DNA of 64,000 bases from Laetmonice hystrix (Eukaryota): NCBI GenBank assembly GCA_965235115.1, contig OZ249439.1, forward strand, positions 19,778,001 to 19,842,000, in the 5' to 3' direction. Below are positions 46,200 through 60,520 of the stretch, in pieces. The notes beneath the pieces were generated by a model. The model did no database searches and had not been told where the DNA came from. It saw nothing but the letters and a program-made list of their open reading frames with translations. How positions within the stretch are numbered: the first letter of the stretch is position 1; each line of letters begins with the position of its first letter. The translations under genes and the position numbers were made by a program.

Positions 46200-49100
46200 A
46201 GTCAAACTACCCTATTTGTAAAAAATCTTATTTTCTCGTAAGAGAATTGTTGTACCGATGTACTGATATAGCATGAACGATATAAATTTTTGTTATATCT
46301 GTAATCGGTGACTGCTGTAGTCGGTTATCTCAGACCAGTCACTGTATCAATATTTCTTGAATTTGACAGCGGCCTATACAGAGGGGATTAGGACAGCCAT
46401 ATAAGGTATAGGATAAGATTCATTCAAAATATGTGCCAGGTCAGTGCATTCAGTGGGTACTATATCATGGCAATATGGAAGACTTACCATCCTAAACCTT
46501 ATCAGTACTATAATTATTGAGAGGGGGGAAGAGTATGGAAATGGAAACGTTGATGTAGCAAAAATAACCTTGTCGCACAAAGTATCTGGATTGTTCGACT
46601 GTAGACATTATTCCAAGGAAGCTGGAATCATGTATGCCAAGTTCTCGCTTGTCAAGAAATCGTTTTTGTACGTTTATAGGACCGTTTTATATATTAGAAA
46701 CAAACAGGCGTATGCAATTCTACGGAAGATTGATTATTTCTTAATGTATTCTAGTCGACCGGAATATAAATAACAACTGACCACAAGAACTGCCATTTTA
46801 CAGGAAATGTGCCATGGCTTTCTCTGTGGTTTATTGAGCACATGGACAGGAATAACTAGGTCTTCGGCTGAACATACCTTTCAAATATTATTATCAAGTC
46901 TGGTTATACTAATAGTACTTGTATTATGTCAATAAATTAAGTGTCTGTTGAGGAAGAGGTCAGCCAGTGCTTTGTTCAGTCCTAATTTAGTCACTGGAAT
47001 CGAAAGTTTCATGATTTTGTGGTAAAAACGATCTTTTGGGAAAGTTATTTTGGAACGGAATGAACATGGCTAGTGAATAAAGATGCTATCAGTAACCCGT
47101 TATTTTGCCTTGGACTCTAGTAATAATGGCTTTTATTGTTGGTCAATGATACCTTTGGAGGGTTTACACAATGGACGAACGGCAGAGGGCAGTGACAAAA
47201 ACGGCACCTCTAGGATTGTGGAAAGGGTGGGTGGGTGGGTCGGGGTCTGGCAAAGTGGGGGGGGGGGGGGGGGGAGATTGAATTTGGACAATTCGGAAAG
47301 TTGATTGAGGAAAAAGGGAATATTGGCGCTAATCAAAAGGTCTGTGGGTCCTGATCCTCCTCCTTGTTTCGCCTTGGTCACTGTGAAAAAGACAGGTGAC
47401 AGACTAAGGTGAATAACTAAATTTTAAGCTTTACCATATAGTAGGAAGGCTCAAAACTGTCATAGTGACTTGGATACCTAAACCTCGACCGAGAAATAAG
47501 AGTAAGAGGTAAGATAGCATTTTTTCAACTTTGCATTCGTGAAATGTATAGGTCTTGGAGGTCCTACAAAGTTTCCATCTGTGCCGCAGGCTTTGGGTTC
47601 ACCTTATGAATTTTTAGTACAAACGTAAAAATGAGAGAGAACTTCCACCAATTGCTGTACCTTTATTACAAATAACAAAACAATGCCTAAACTAATAAAA
47701 AAATCCATCATTCGAAAGGTCTGCAACAAAGTTTTGTTGCGGTAACAAAAATTCTGACATGCAATTTACAAATCAACATTCAAAATTTGTGAAATTATCA
47801 AAATTTTACAGAAAATTGAAGCAATGGGAAAAGCCAAGATTTCCACTTCTTCTTTTGAAAAAGGTTTGCGGTAGCCTAGGAAGTTTACGGGGATGAAAAC
47901 CTATGGGTGCTCGTAAGCTGTTAAGCAATAGAACCAATTTTTTTGTCAAAAAGCACCAAACATTATGGATATGATCCTTTGGTGGGCTTCGCATTCTTCT
48001 GGTACAGGTCATTAAGTTCTATCAATTATTAGTACCGGTAAACTGTGTATAAACGACTGTCAGCTGGCTCTTTTAAAACACAGCTCAACTGATCGACGTC
48101 ACCTGATCGAATCAGCAGTCGGACAACATTTTACAATGCCAGAAATGAAACCTTTTTAAGCTCTCTTGCATAGATACGGTGGGTGAGAAGCACACTCTCC
48201 CATGTTTACTTTTACAGTATACATTTCCAACAAACCCGGCGGATGGGGGGGGGGGGGGGGGGGAGAAAAAACACTTGCGCCTGGCGTCAGATGAGTGCAA
48301 TCAACATACAACCGCTATGTAGGTAGTCTTACAAAATCGAAAAGGAAATCAGATATTTGAGATAACCATAGAAACGGTAGCCTAACTGCTACTGTGACCA
48401 ATCGCATCAAAGAAATCTGTCTAAAGCCTATCAGTGCCAGTCTGATATACCGATATTACAGAGCTAATAATTACGACATTAATTAATATTGACGACAGAA
48501 GGTAATGTGTCCGGTTAACCGGTATGTATTAATTCATTTTTATACATACTGATCATATGGAATAGGAGAGGTTATCAGAGGTTTTGAAACTAGTAAATTT
48601 GGGGGGAAACGCCTGGAATGAAGGGCAACCCCGTTTTGAACATAAACTAAAGTTCTTACATTTTCTCCTGTCAATGAGGATATTCGATGATAAATTTAAA
48701 TGTACAAAGTTTATTGCATGGATAGGTTACACGCATGATATAATTTTTCAGGTTTTAATACATGGGATCTCAATAAATAGGATCACCATTTAGTACCTGG
48801 TTCCCCCACAAGGGCTGACACCAGACAATCCTGTTACACGAGATATCCCACTCAAGACTTTTTGACATTGATTTGGACTACACTACAGCATGTCCAAACC
48901 ACAGAGATGGTCATTCCGATTCAACAATTGGCTGGACTGCAGATTCTAGTTTTTTAAAGCATTCTCTTAACAAAAGAATTATGGTTTACCTGATTTTCTG
49001 AAGTCCAAGGATATACCGGCTACAACTGACGCTATTTGGCTTCGTATTCAGGGCCTAAATTGAACCAGGGCATGCTATGGACAACATAAAACCTAGTACA

Positions 49101-49694
49101 AGTGTCGGAGCAAAGATTCTTTGGAGCAGGGCGTGGGTGGAGGTTTCAAGGAGCAAAACAGGAGCCAAGGAGTCCACACGAATGAGGCCTGCACTAGCGG
49201 CTTTAGAGATTTATGTGACTTCACCATCAGTTCTGTTTATTTGGCACTGATTTGTACTGACCAGCTCTTTAGACAAGTCCAATAAACTGATGAATTTGGG
49301 AGTAGTCGAGGGACTCTTTGGCATATCTTTACATACAAAATCCAGCCGAGTTTTTTATACATATACTGGTACAAAATACATGAATAGTATGTTACTAAGG
49401 TACACTTGGATTGATCGTAGCATGGCTGTATGTGTGTGTTTCATACAGCATTTAGAAGTCTTAATAACTCAAGGATCCTTGGTACGATGCACACACTTTT
49501 GATGCCTCTCACACAAGCATGTATTCTTTTGCCAGTCAAGTTAAAATTATAATAGATGTAGATCAAAATTGGTCCTCCCCTGCTCATATTGGAAATGTCA
49601 TTTAGCTCCTCCCATAAGATGAACTATCTCCTCCCACAACCATTGATTGACAGCTATGGTCAAGTATCTGCTGTGTGCTAGCCTCTGAGACAGT

Positions 49695-50974
49695 TCACAT
49701 TAATCTCTGATTGGGTGGCACATAGAGTTGCTGCGGTTCCCGTCGCTGAAGGCCCTGGAAGGCCAATCCTCCACCTCCAGACCGGAACTCCAAGTTATTG
49801 ATGACTTGTTGGTAAGGCTGATCTGTAGGCTGATACTGATGGGAAACATACTGCATGCCAGGGGCTGGCATCATCATCCCTGGAGCCGACGACACTGCTG
49901 GGTATTGACTGCCGCCCATCCCGGCCACACTACTTGCTATGGCGGCAGGAACTGCTGTAGAAACCACCACTGGTACTTGACTGACAGGCACTGTCTGAAT
50001 GTTACCACCCTCCTGAAACATTCAATGAACGAGTTCAACACATCTGAAAGCATGGTTAGTACTGAAATTGTTACCTCATCAGTTTAACAAGCAATCAGAA
50101 TTTTGTTGTCGTTTCTTTAACCACTGACAGACATAGCTCCAAAAAGCTAATGTACCCAGGTATGCTTGGGGATGGGGCGGATGTCGCTGAGGAAGACTTC
50201 TTCGGCATTGCCATAATCAGGAAAAGTGATGACACAAGTTTGGCCATTGGCAGCCACAGCATGGATCACAGCATGGTAGAACTAAAAGATGCAAACAAAC
50301 CAAGACTAATATTAGTACTTCTGCTAATACTTCCACCAGTCCTACTAAGCTTCACTCCCTTAACTTATTGTTCAACAGACAACTGGATTCTTACTTAACA
50401 GGAAACATAGCAAGTCTTTTGGACCTTTCATTTAGGGGCCCAGTTTGTCAAAATTCAGTGTTTACTCATGTTTCTTCATTTCAATATTTCTATGAAGAAA
50501 ATGTACCTTATTGTCCTCCCAGTATTTGGCCATACAGTAATCGCCAGGTTTCCACTGCCGTAATGACCGATCAACCTAGAAGAATATATTATAAACAAAT
50601 CTAGAAAAAAGTACATCAACTACAGCAAAACTAACAAGACCACCAGCACTTTGCATCTTGTACAGCATCCAGCAGATACAATCAGACTCAACAGGTCCCA
50701 ATACCTTAGAGCAATACACCCAACCATAGTATAAGGTGTTTCCTTAACAGTCCTGTTACTCTACTATGTATGTAATATGTTCGGTTATTTATAGTTCATA
50801 ATTTTGTGAACTTTTCTTCTGCTTCAAGTCAGCTGCTTACCTGTGCTACTGATGTGGCAGGTTGTTGATGCATACTGTAATCCATTGGCACCTGCTGCAT
50901 TTGGGCCTGGGCTGATGGGTTTTGGTTAGAGTCAGGCCTATTGGGCCCAGAGGGCCCACTAGTCCTTTGTTGCC

Positions 50975-51021
<47 letters not shown>

Positions 51022-54000
51022 AACTGCTGCAGCTGCTGCTGTTGTTGTTGTGGCCTTTGATCAGCCCTGGTACGCGAGTTTTGGTTAGAGTCTGTATAAT
51101 AGTTGTTGGTATATGATTGGTCTATAGAATACTGCTGCTGATGACTGCTTCGTTGCTCTTTACTCCCTTGACGGTTTTCTAACCGCCCATCTCCCCGTAT
51201 TCTTTGGTGACTGTCCTGATTTTGCTGTGGTCGCCTACGGTCATCACCTTGGTTCTGGTCCTGTGGTCCTCTGCTCCGACGATCATCTCGGTCGTGATTA
51301 CGATCCCAGGTTTGTCTTTTATCAGGATTATAATCAACAGTCCTGGCAGGTGCACGATTTTCTCTGTCATAATCCTGGTGTCTCCTGCTGTCCCTCTGGG
51401 AGCGTGGCCCACTGTCAAAGGTGGAGGAACGGTCACTTTCCCAATTAGGGTCATGACCTCTGGAGCCGCGACCCCCACGGTCTGACCTTCCTCCCCGGCT
51501 TCCTCGACCGCCCCTTTCTGACCTCTGACCCCGGTCACCAGTGTCGTTCCAGTCTTTGTTCCTCCCCCTGCTGGCCTTCTCTTCATCCCGTCGCTGCTGC
51601 TGCTTCTGAAGGCGAGGAGGAAGGTTTGGCAGGACGCGTCGGTCTGGGTCTCCAGGAACTGGGGGTGAAATTGTCCTTGATGGCCGTGAATTTTCAGACC
51701 TGGTATCTGAAATTGATAAATATTTGAATTCTTAAATACTCAGACTATAAAGATAATACAGGACATGAGACACACTTTTCTGCTTAGGGCTTAAAGAAAA
51801 GACTTGACTGAATAATCTTTAAGGTAAGAAAATGTAAGAGTAGTGGGTTGGATCTTACCATCTTTTGCTGGCATCTTAGTTGTGAGAAAGTCAAAGAGTG
51901 TTGCTGGTGCAGATGGCTTGCTCTGATTGTCATATTCATCATCATCATCACGCCACCGTCCCCTTCCTGGAAACATTTTTCTTTAGTTAGTAACAAAAAA
52001 AAAAGATCAGTTGATCTGATGAAGGGCAGAGTCTTTCAGCTTAGGAACAAATGTTGACTGGCAATTGATGCTGTGCTGATCTGACCACTCTGCTAATAAA
52101 TTGTGGCAGCTGAGACATGCAAGGGAAAGGTATCATATGATAATTCATGTACTTGCCTAATAAGAAACCTTTCAATGCTGATAAATGCACCCTGGCGGGT
52201 TTCCTTTTATCATTATAATAGTCCTAACCTTTACGCTCAGGTCTTCCATCATCTCCGTCAGCATCTCGATCTCCTCTCCCTCTCCCACCACCCCGTCCAC
52301 CTCTCCCACCTCCACGACCAAACTCTCTCCGGTCATCTCGCCCATCATCTCTTCTGTCATCACGACGATAACTGCCTCGATCATCACGCCGATTGTCTCT
52401 CCTTCGATCATCACCTCCACTGAGTAGACTGTTGATAGCATTCTCAACACTGCCATTACTCTGACGCAATGCAGCAGCAGCTTGGTCGGCATTGAAACCC
52501 ATCTCAACAATGCTGGCAACATCCTTGTCATTGGCAGCCTACAAAATTTAGTGTTGGTTTAGATCATGAAAAAACAAGTAGACCAGTGCATAATCCTCAT
52601 TTGTATAGATTTGTGAAGGTAGATGAAAACAAATTATTTTCATATTTTTCCGTTACAAGAGTCCAGTGTTTGATAGGTGTTTGATGAGAGATGAAAAAAT
52701 CTTTCCTTACTTTAATAACATGCTGCAATATCTAGATATCTCTTTTTATCTGCTCCTGAACCCAGATAACTGAGACATGTACATAACAATGTATTGAATC
52801 AACAGCATCAACTGTGCAGATCCCAAATTCCTGTCCAAGAAGAAATGATATGTAGAATACCTTGGCTGCACCAAAAGATTTCTGACTACCACCACCCTTG
52901 GCTTGCAGAGCTTCAGCAATGCTTGCTTGACGTTGGGCCTCAAACTCCTTGTCCTCTTCTTTTTCTTTCTTATCTTTTTCTTCGCCCAGGGCCTTGAAAG
53001 TTTCTAAGGAGAAAATTGAAATAAATTTTCAATTTAAATGACTCTAGCAATTTCTAACTAAACTTTGCATAGTTTGCATGACTATGTAAAGCTTCTTTCT
53101 GTCATAATGTTTAAATGTTTTCTTGTATAACAATCCTATGTTGTGGATTTTACAGCTTCAACACTTTACAACTTGAATGGAGATTTCAACCTCCTTACTT
53201 ACTGCTGAGAACAAAAATGAGGAATATAGAAAACTAATTTTTACCTTTTTTACCCCTTGTCTCCCTGATGGTTGGGTCACGACGGCGCTGACCAAAGGGC
53301 ACAAAAGGAGGTGGGCCTCCTCCCTCACTTCCTACTGCAGACCGAGTATGTTTTGCAAGGGTCTAAAATAAAACAAAGTGTCAGATATTACGGGTTAAGC
53401 AGACACTCTAAGTTTAAAAGTATCTGTACATGGTTGTCGAAGGTAAACTGATTAGGACAAAGAAAATTTAATGAGTCAGAAGGGGAAAACTGAGATAAAT
53501 ACCCTTTTGAGTTCCCAGTTTTCTACAAGTTTGACAACACGACCACCCAGGACTTTAGCATTGTTGTTGGTGAGCAGAAGGAATCCATGGCCCACAGGCA
53601 CTTTGCCCTGGAGTAGAAGTTTTGTGCCCGGAGGAGTGTTCACCCTACAGAGACAATCTCACATTGTATATATGTACAGTAAATTGCATGCACCTAGGAA
53701 GATCACAGGCCAAACTCCATGTTTTTCCTGTAACCCTTACAACTTACTGGTAGATCTTCAATTGAGGATTACACAAGGGAAAAGAGAAACTTAAACACAT
53801 TGATACTGCTGTGAAAGACATACAAACATTAATTTTGATTTCAACACCTGCAATTATCTGATTTGAAATCCATGATTAGAAATAATAGGTCAGGAAATAT
53901 AGATGGATAAGAAATAATGTTATCAAACCAATACTGGAACTAATTGAGAGCTTACTCACCCTAGTCCATTGACCTTCTCAAGCTCTAATGCCACACCGGT

Positions 54001-57000
54001 TCCATGCCCATCAGTCAATGTTATTTTTAACATAGCTGGTGCTACCTGTGATTCCTCATTCTCTTTGGGTGCAGAAATATTCCGTACTTTCTGAATCTGG
54101 ACAACGAAGGGTCCATCAACCTGCAGACAGATGCAATGGCCGCATTATGATTATGGATCAGAAATAGTGCAGGTTTACCAACATAGCCAGAGCTCTGGGT
54201 GGTTTTCTACCTCGTGGTTTTGTTAACTTTGCAAAATTCAGAATCCCTTTTTCTTATATGTCACAGCTGCCAAACCAAAGATATAAGCCAACTTATTCAT
54301 AAATATAAGATTGATTTGTTGAATACTTATTCTTTAAATCCCAAGGCCCATCTTTTATAAAAGTATCATCAACGCAAGTGCTTTACAATTACAATTGACT
54401 GAGTTAAGAAATGTTAAATTATACCAAAATCTTTAGTTCTATCACCATAGATCCTGGTGGAAAGTTCTTTAATTGTGTTAAACCATGTACAGATCAAACT
54501 TTTTTACTTACAGTGTCTGATTTACTCCTGTTGACTCCATCTGGAAGGTGTCGTTCGCCGATCTGTTTCAAGTCCAACTGGTACAGCAGAAACCACAATA
54601 TCTTCATCTTAGGACAGCATATTATATTATGTACAGGAGTCAAAATGTCTGCTAGTCTGACACCTGGGACTAATGTCTTGTTTAATTACCCTCTCATCTT
54701 ATCTGAAACTTCTTTTTTTTTGCCCTGATATAATTATAAACATAAGTAATTCAACTTGAAAGCAATAGGAGATACTGAATACCTATCTTATATATCTACC
54801 TACATATAGGCATACTGTACCCTCATTTTTGTACTTACATCAAGGGCAACACAGATTATGTCATCAACACTTCCATGGCTGTTATTAATTGAACACTCTT
54901 TTATTCCTTCCTCTGTAAGATACCTGAAACACAAATCATAGCATTACTGGTGTATGGTAATAGGCCCTATATGGGGTAGACTGGAAACTATCCACTCGCT
55001 AGGTGCAGAATGGGACAGTAGCACAGCAGCCATTTTTATATGGATTTCCCACAGTGGTGTTGTGTGCATGACATACCCTTAGGGCTTAGACTGGTCCCCT
55101 GCCTCTTGCCTCCGCTCAGTGTATTCAAGAGAGCTGGCGACCAGTCCAACTGCTGCTCGATATAGAAGAGTGAATCAGAAAATTCTACCCGCTAGACTAG
55201 CCGATCCATGCTCTGCTGCTGATACTGCACTGTGGACCTACCCTGGCCATGCCGCTGGTGGGTCCACCAGATGACTTAAAAATGGGGCTCCAGTATAATA
55301 CAATTCACGTCAATCTACATCTTGGTCCTGAACTGGTCATCTTAGCCATTAATCAGTGACCCATTAGGCCTAGATGAGACCAGTAATTAATCCAGGTTGG
55401 AGTTCTGAGGGCTTTCAACCATTCCCGAGATTTTGGACATCTTAAAAGTTGATCCGAATTTCGAAAGGTTTTCGGAATTGCAGTGCTTATTCCCCCTGCA
55501 GCGGGGTGAATTGGAGAAGCAGATCAGCTATCTGCCCTGCAGTGGGGTGAATTGTGGAAAGCAGATTGGCTTTCACCCTATGGCAGGGTGGACAAGAGAA
55601 GCAGTTCTGCTATTTGCTCTGCAGCTGGGCACTAAAGCTAACCCAAACCTTACCTTAACCCTAACCCACCCTGAATATACTCTTTGTACTTATTTAAAAC
55701 CAGTCTTTAAAAGAAGAAGAAAAAAGTTTGAATGATTCAGCCAGGAAGATTTGAACCCGTGCTACCCACACCATAGTTACATTATGCTCCTCACTACACT
55801 ACCACTGCAGTACCAGCGCTGTTGCAAAATTTGGTTTCACCAGGCTGTATGTATACTCAAGAAAAGAGGTTCATGTGGATGTGGGACACATAACTAGAAA
55901 CAGTAACACGACATGTCTGCCCGTCGCCATGTCCCCCCCCCCCTCCGGGATGTAGGTCCCTACCCCCGGTCATGTCCCCCTTATCAAGTCCAGCCGTCGC
56001 CGCTCCGCTCGAGAGGCACCCAGCAAGGGACACGTTACCTACGAGGTGGCTCTCATTTTGTTGGGCACTCGACCAATATATTACATATTTGATCTAGGGT
56101 TGTTGATACACTCCTAACTCAGTAGACTCCTAGTCACGTTGACGGCTTTTCCCGGGACGGCAGGGCGGACAGTTGACCGAGCCTGAGGTGTCTATCACAG
56201 AGGCAAGGCGGGCGGGAGGGCATACGGTAGAGACTACCGAGGGGCGGATATGGCGACATGTCGTGTATTCCTAGAATCATGCGTAGTATTCATTGGTTCG
56301 TCATTGCTGTGTCGTCATTATTCGCACAGCTGCTAGATGAATAGCCAGTGTTAGTTCGGAATAGCTCAAATCTGGCCAAGACTGGCAAGAGGCTGTTTTA
56401 ATTCAATTGTTTGTTTAAACTTTAGATCTATATTTTGTTAACATTTTATTGAAGCAGCCAGTAAAGACTAAAGTGCTAAACTAATTAAGATTACTGGGGC
56501 CTAGAATATAGCACCAGGAAGCATGTATGCTAGTTAATAACATGTAGTGGTTTACTAGACAAAATATTTCAATGTGAAAATTGCAGTTTCGGGGGGTCTT
56601 GTCTCAATACAAATTGCCCCTTTTTGTGAAGTAGGGTTGGTCCTTCTAGTCCAACTGCCCCATTTATCGCCCACCCACACTTGCACGGTACTTCGTGACT
56701 GTCTTTGTGTGAAAACTAATGATATGTCACAGACATACCCAAATAAGATTAATCCAAACCAAATAACTCTAAAACGAAAAGTGTTTTAATAATAGTACGT
56801 AAAGTTTAACGTTTAACCGGACGGCTGTCTCTAGTGACAGGGGGGCGTGGGGGGCATGGCCCGCGTCCACGAGACTCGCTCGAACCGCCAACAACACACC
56901 GAACACTCACACCGTCACTTCTACTAGCTCGCGCCATCTATCCAGCAAAGCATTTGTTTTCTTTCTACGTCATAGACGAAAATCTAGGGTTACCTAACTG

Positions 57001-57093
57001 ACACATGCGTCTATAAAAACTCTAGCCAACTTTATCCTGTCCCCCCGTGTACACATACCATCCTTGGCGTTGGAGGGCCTGAGCGTTCGCCAT
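49695..57093 (-). CDS. TDRD3: Tudor domain-containing protein 3 (OB-fold, UBA, Tudor, EJC-binding motif)
   Basis: 13 in-phase minus-strand exons: 57059-57093 (MANAQALQRQGW), 54839-54923, 54512-54577, 53960-54120 (QIQKVRNISAPKENEESQVAPAML), 53503-53644 (NTPPGTKLLL), 53254 (or 53245)-53362 (GGPPPFVPFGQ), 52861-53003, 52229-52538 (UBA: IVEMGFNADQAAAALRQSNGSVENAINSLL), 51859-51966 (PSAPATLFDFL), 50841-51706, 50507-50575 (WKPGDYCMAKYWEDNK), 50156-50281 (FYHAVI...FPDYGNAEEVFLSDIRP), 49695-50012 (LEFRSGG...PQQLYVPP...*). Confidence 0.94.
50978..51051 (-). repeat. Coding CAG/CAA repeat (polyQ) in TDRD3
   Basis: A pure (CTG)13 on the + strand at 50982-51020 within Q6-L-Q2-L-Q15. Confidence 0.95.
55740..55810 (-). 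mobile_element. tRNA-derived SINE head (decayed)
   Basis: Minus strand: A-box-like TGGTAGTGTAGTGA followed about 35 nt later by B-box-like GGTTCAAATCT; no complete cloverleaf. Confidence 0.45.
55906..56264. mobile_element. Possible MITE in TDRD3 intron 1
   Basis: Imperfect inverted termini CACGACATGTC...GACATGTCGTG; GC-rich interior unlike the surrounding intron. Confidence 0.4.
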
Positions 57094-60000
57094 GATGACT
57101 TTGGTGACCCAGTTTCTGCGGGATTGCTTGGACTCGATAATAGCAGTTTTCAAAGAAGGCTAGGCCTAGTTTATCAATTCATTTCCAGGCAGTGGTTTAG
57201 CTCTTGTGTTCATTAAAAGGTCCCCTTTGCATTTAACCTTGTACCGTAACTAAACTGTGTGGGTTTAACCAATTAAGGCAAAGAGCAGCAAGTAATATAT
57301 GATAGAATCTTTGGTTTAATTAAATGAAAGGTTATTAAAACTCCAAAATTCAGACATGTAACACACAATGGGCTGAACTGAACAGCTAGGACTAGTGAGA
57401 TAAGGCCTTGGCTTAGTCTTAGACTTAGTCTTAGACTACATAAATCAATAAATATATACTCACAGAAATGAAGAAATCTAATGAAATTCAACATTCCAGA
57501 GTTGCTTGTTGCCACTATGAAGCGCTCCTCTTTACCTGGTTGTTGACAAAATTGTTGGCCATTGACTTGAATTCATTGGGCCATGAACCAATAAATTTCA
57601 TTGACCGATTTATTTATTTATGTAGTCTATTTATTGATTTATGTAGATCTAGTCTTATCTAACCTAACAGGGTTTCATTCTCTGATTACTTTAACCACGA
57701 TAATGTGCAGAAAACCATCTGCTCTGAAACACACACAGATAAGTCTATACGTTCTTCCCAAAAGCCAATTTAGGTAAAACTCTATCGAATTTCTGTGGAT
57801 ATAATGACCCAAAACAAACGATCCCTTCTTTTCAAATCAGTGGAAAATATCCAATTTTACCCAAAATACACCCAGTACCATACTGCATGGTGAGGTAATT
57901 TGGGTAAATTTCCTTCAAAAAAACATCTAGTGATCTACTATAAAGTACGGTACTAAAGTAGGTTATAGTGTGTGATCAAATGTGTTTTAAGAATGCCGAT
58001 TTTAGTGGTTTTTTTGCAAGTTTACCTTCATTTTGACTAGGAGTAAAATTAATCTAAACAGTGCATTCTACTTTATATTCGTATTACCGGTACTTTATGG
58101 CGTATGGCGGACCTTAAGATTCAATAAAGCAGTTGTGTTTAGTACGTCATCGGATCCTAACAAATAGCAGACATGTAGTCAGGTAAACGCAAAACAACCT
58201 GATAATTCTTATCCTTTTTTCATTTCTAAGAAGCTTTAATACGGTAAGGTATTAGATAAGATACTTATCTGATACAAAAGTACGACATTTATCCAAATCA
58301 TAGGACGGTAGTCGTATATTTGAAGTAGACGTGTGGCCTGGGCGATAAAAGGGGGCATCATGTGCCCTGCATGTCAATGACATTGCATGAATCTGGTGCA
58401 AACATGGTAAACGCTGTTCATACGGCAATAAATATACTGGCTCAACTCGACTGACAGTAGCAATTCCTTGAGTAACTCTGTACACTGTGTAGTAGATCTA
58501 CGTGTGCTTGAGAATGTTAATCACTGAATGTAATGTTTAAACTGTAAAGTGTAGAATCTAATTTTAACAATCAATCATGCCATTTGATCGAATTGCTGTA
58601 GACCTTCTCATCAAGGCCTATCACAGAGGCAAACCTACCCCAAATGTGGCTGTCCAAATCACTCAGTAATCATCAGATCTTCTACTCCTAGCCTTGGTCC
58701 TGCATTGCAGTCATCGCACGCAGACCCTTTTGGGCAGGACGTTCCTGCATTTTGACTGTCTGCCCCGCATCCAGTGAACACCTACCCTAGCCTTAGAAAT
58801 GCAACATTTGTCCTGGATCTGATTGCTAACGCATAGCCCACTTTTACATCCTAAAATGCCGCGCCTATACCTATCTAATGTCATATTCTGTTTGAGAGCT
58901 CTATAGGCCTAAAGCCAACTGGTTTATTTCAACTTGTGGCTATTCTCGGTCACATCACATTATAAGAGGGCAGCAGTGATGCACTCTGATGTTCCCAAAG
59001 AACATCTTTGAAATATTTTTATGGTAAATTATACTTTGCCATTTGTACTCTCTGCTTTATTCCTGAGGTCCCCTTGAATTTAAAGAATTTCCACAAATTA
59101 TGCAGTTTTGTGGGGTTGATGTCCTGGATATAATCAGAATAAAGTTGGTAGGTCTGCACATGCATTGATGTAGGCTTTACCAGTGCCTCCCCTAGTGAAA
59201 CATAGCAGGGCACAGCACCCTGTCTTTACAACCACCCACCCTGCCCTTTTAAAGAGCTCCCTGCCATTTTGAAGAACTTCCTGCCCTGTCAGACAGCAGC
59301 AGCACCCTGTCACCCCCATTGCCCAAAGTTCTCCAGGAAATGACCCAGCTGTCGTTACACATACATTATACAATACCATTCATAACTGATCAATCTATAG
59401 CATCAATTTCAGGAAAAAAAAGAAAGTAAACTTTAATTTCCTTTTCTAACAATGTATCAGGGATATAACCCAGATCTTTCTCGATAACACTTCATTCCTC
59501 TGGCACTTGCCCTAAGCCTTAGGCAAAACATGCCCCTTCCTCAACATATTGCCTTCCTGAAATCCTGGGGGAGGCACTGTATCTGGCTCTGCTTCAGTTA
59601 TAGTTCAGGGGCCTTAAAAAGTTAAAGTGATATATACTTGGTAGTGTATATTTAGCTGGCGTTGGCTAAATAAATCTTAGTTTGACAAATTGCTTGAGTT
59701 AGGGTTAGGGTTAGGCCTAGGGTTAGTTTTATTTTTGTCTCAAATTGCATCTTAAACAGTAGTTAATTGGATAGTCTGCTTGTTAGCCGTAGAGCATTAT
59801 TCAATAGCATTGCAGCTTTATGGTCACATGACCCCACCAGATATACACTGCTTAATACTGGGTGCCGTAGTGCTGAAATATTATAGTGCATTTAGGAGCT
59901 GATTAATATACACTGCCCACATTCTTTGAAGATATCACATTTTAAAGACGCATTTATTTTCCAGCGGGGGAGGGGGGGAAGGGCTTGTTGATATCAGGTT

Positions 60001-60520
60001 GCAGGCATGGGGCCTCTGACCTACAATAGCTTAACTCCAAATGAACCAGATGGCCTGAGCTGCCTGACAGGGCTCTTACAAGCTTAGTCTTGCCAAAACG
60101 GGATACACTTATTAAGCTTTGAGTAGGGATTGCTGGTGGTCAAATTGCTAATTTGGAAAAAGTATTAAAAACATACATTAGAGTGGGGTTCACGGATGAA
60201 AGAAATCCAATGGTTCTTATTGTTTGTTTGGCTCTATGGTCAAATGCTCAGCTAGTTGCCCATTTAGTGATCAGGGAGAGCACTTACAGCACTGGGGGAA
60301 AAAAGGGCATATGTGATGTATGAATTCACATATTTCAGCAGAAAAGTTTTTAAAATGCTCAAGGTGGAGCCAAAGATGTAAATACTCGAGACGCATGCGC
60401 AATGGCGCATTCCAGTAATATCCGCATGGCGGCAGCACTGTCGCCCCGGTCCTCTTGACTGCAAATTAGCATGACGTTATATAGGACGACGAAATGCTAA
60501 TCTGTGGCAGGATGCATTTG

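Noticed and set aside
50829-52531. Multiple overlapping ORFs (poly-Leu, Ser/Thr/Ile-rich, alternative frames)
   Set aside because: These are antisense or off-frame shadows of the low-complexity TDRD3 exons.
59699-59726. TTAGGG-like repeats (also AACCCT-like at about 55640-55668)
   Set aside because: Only 2-4 degenerate units; such motifs are common in repeat interiors and are not evidence of a telomere fusion.
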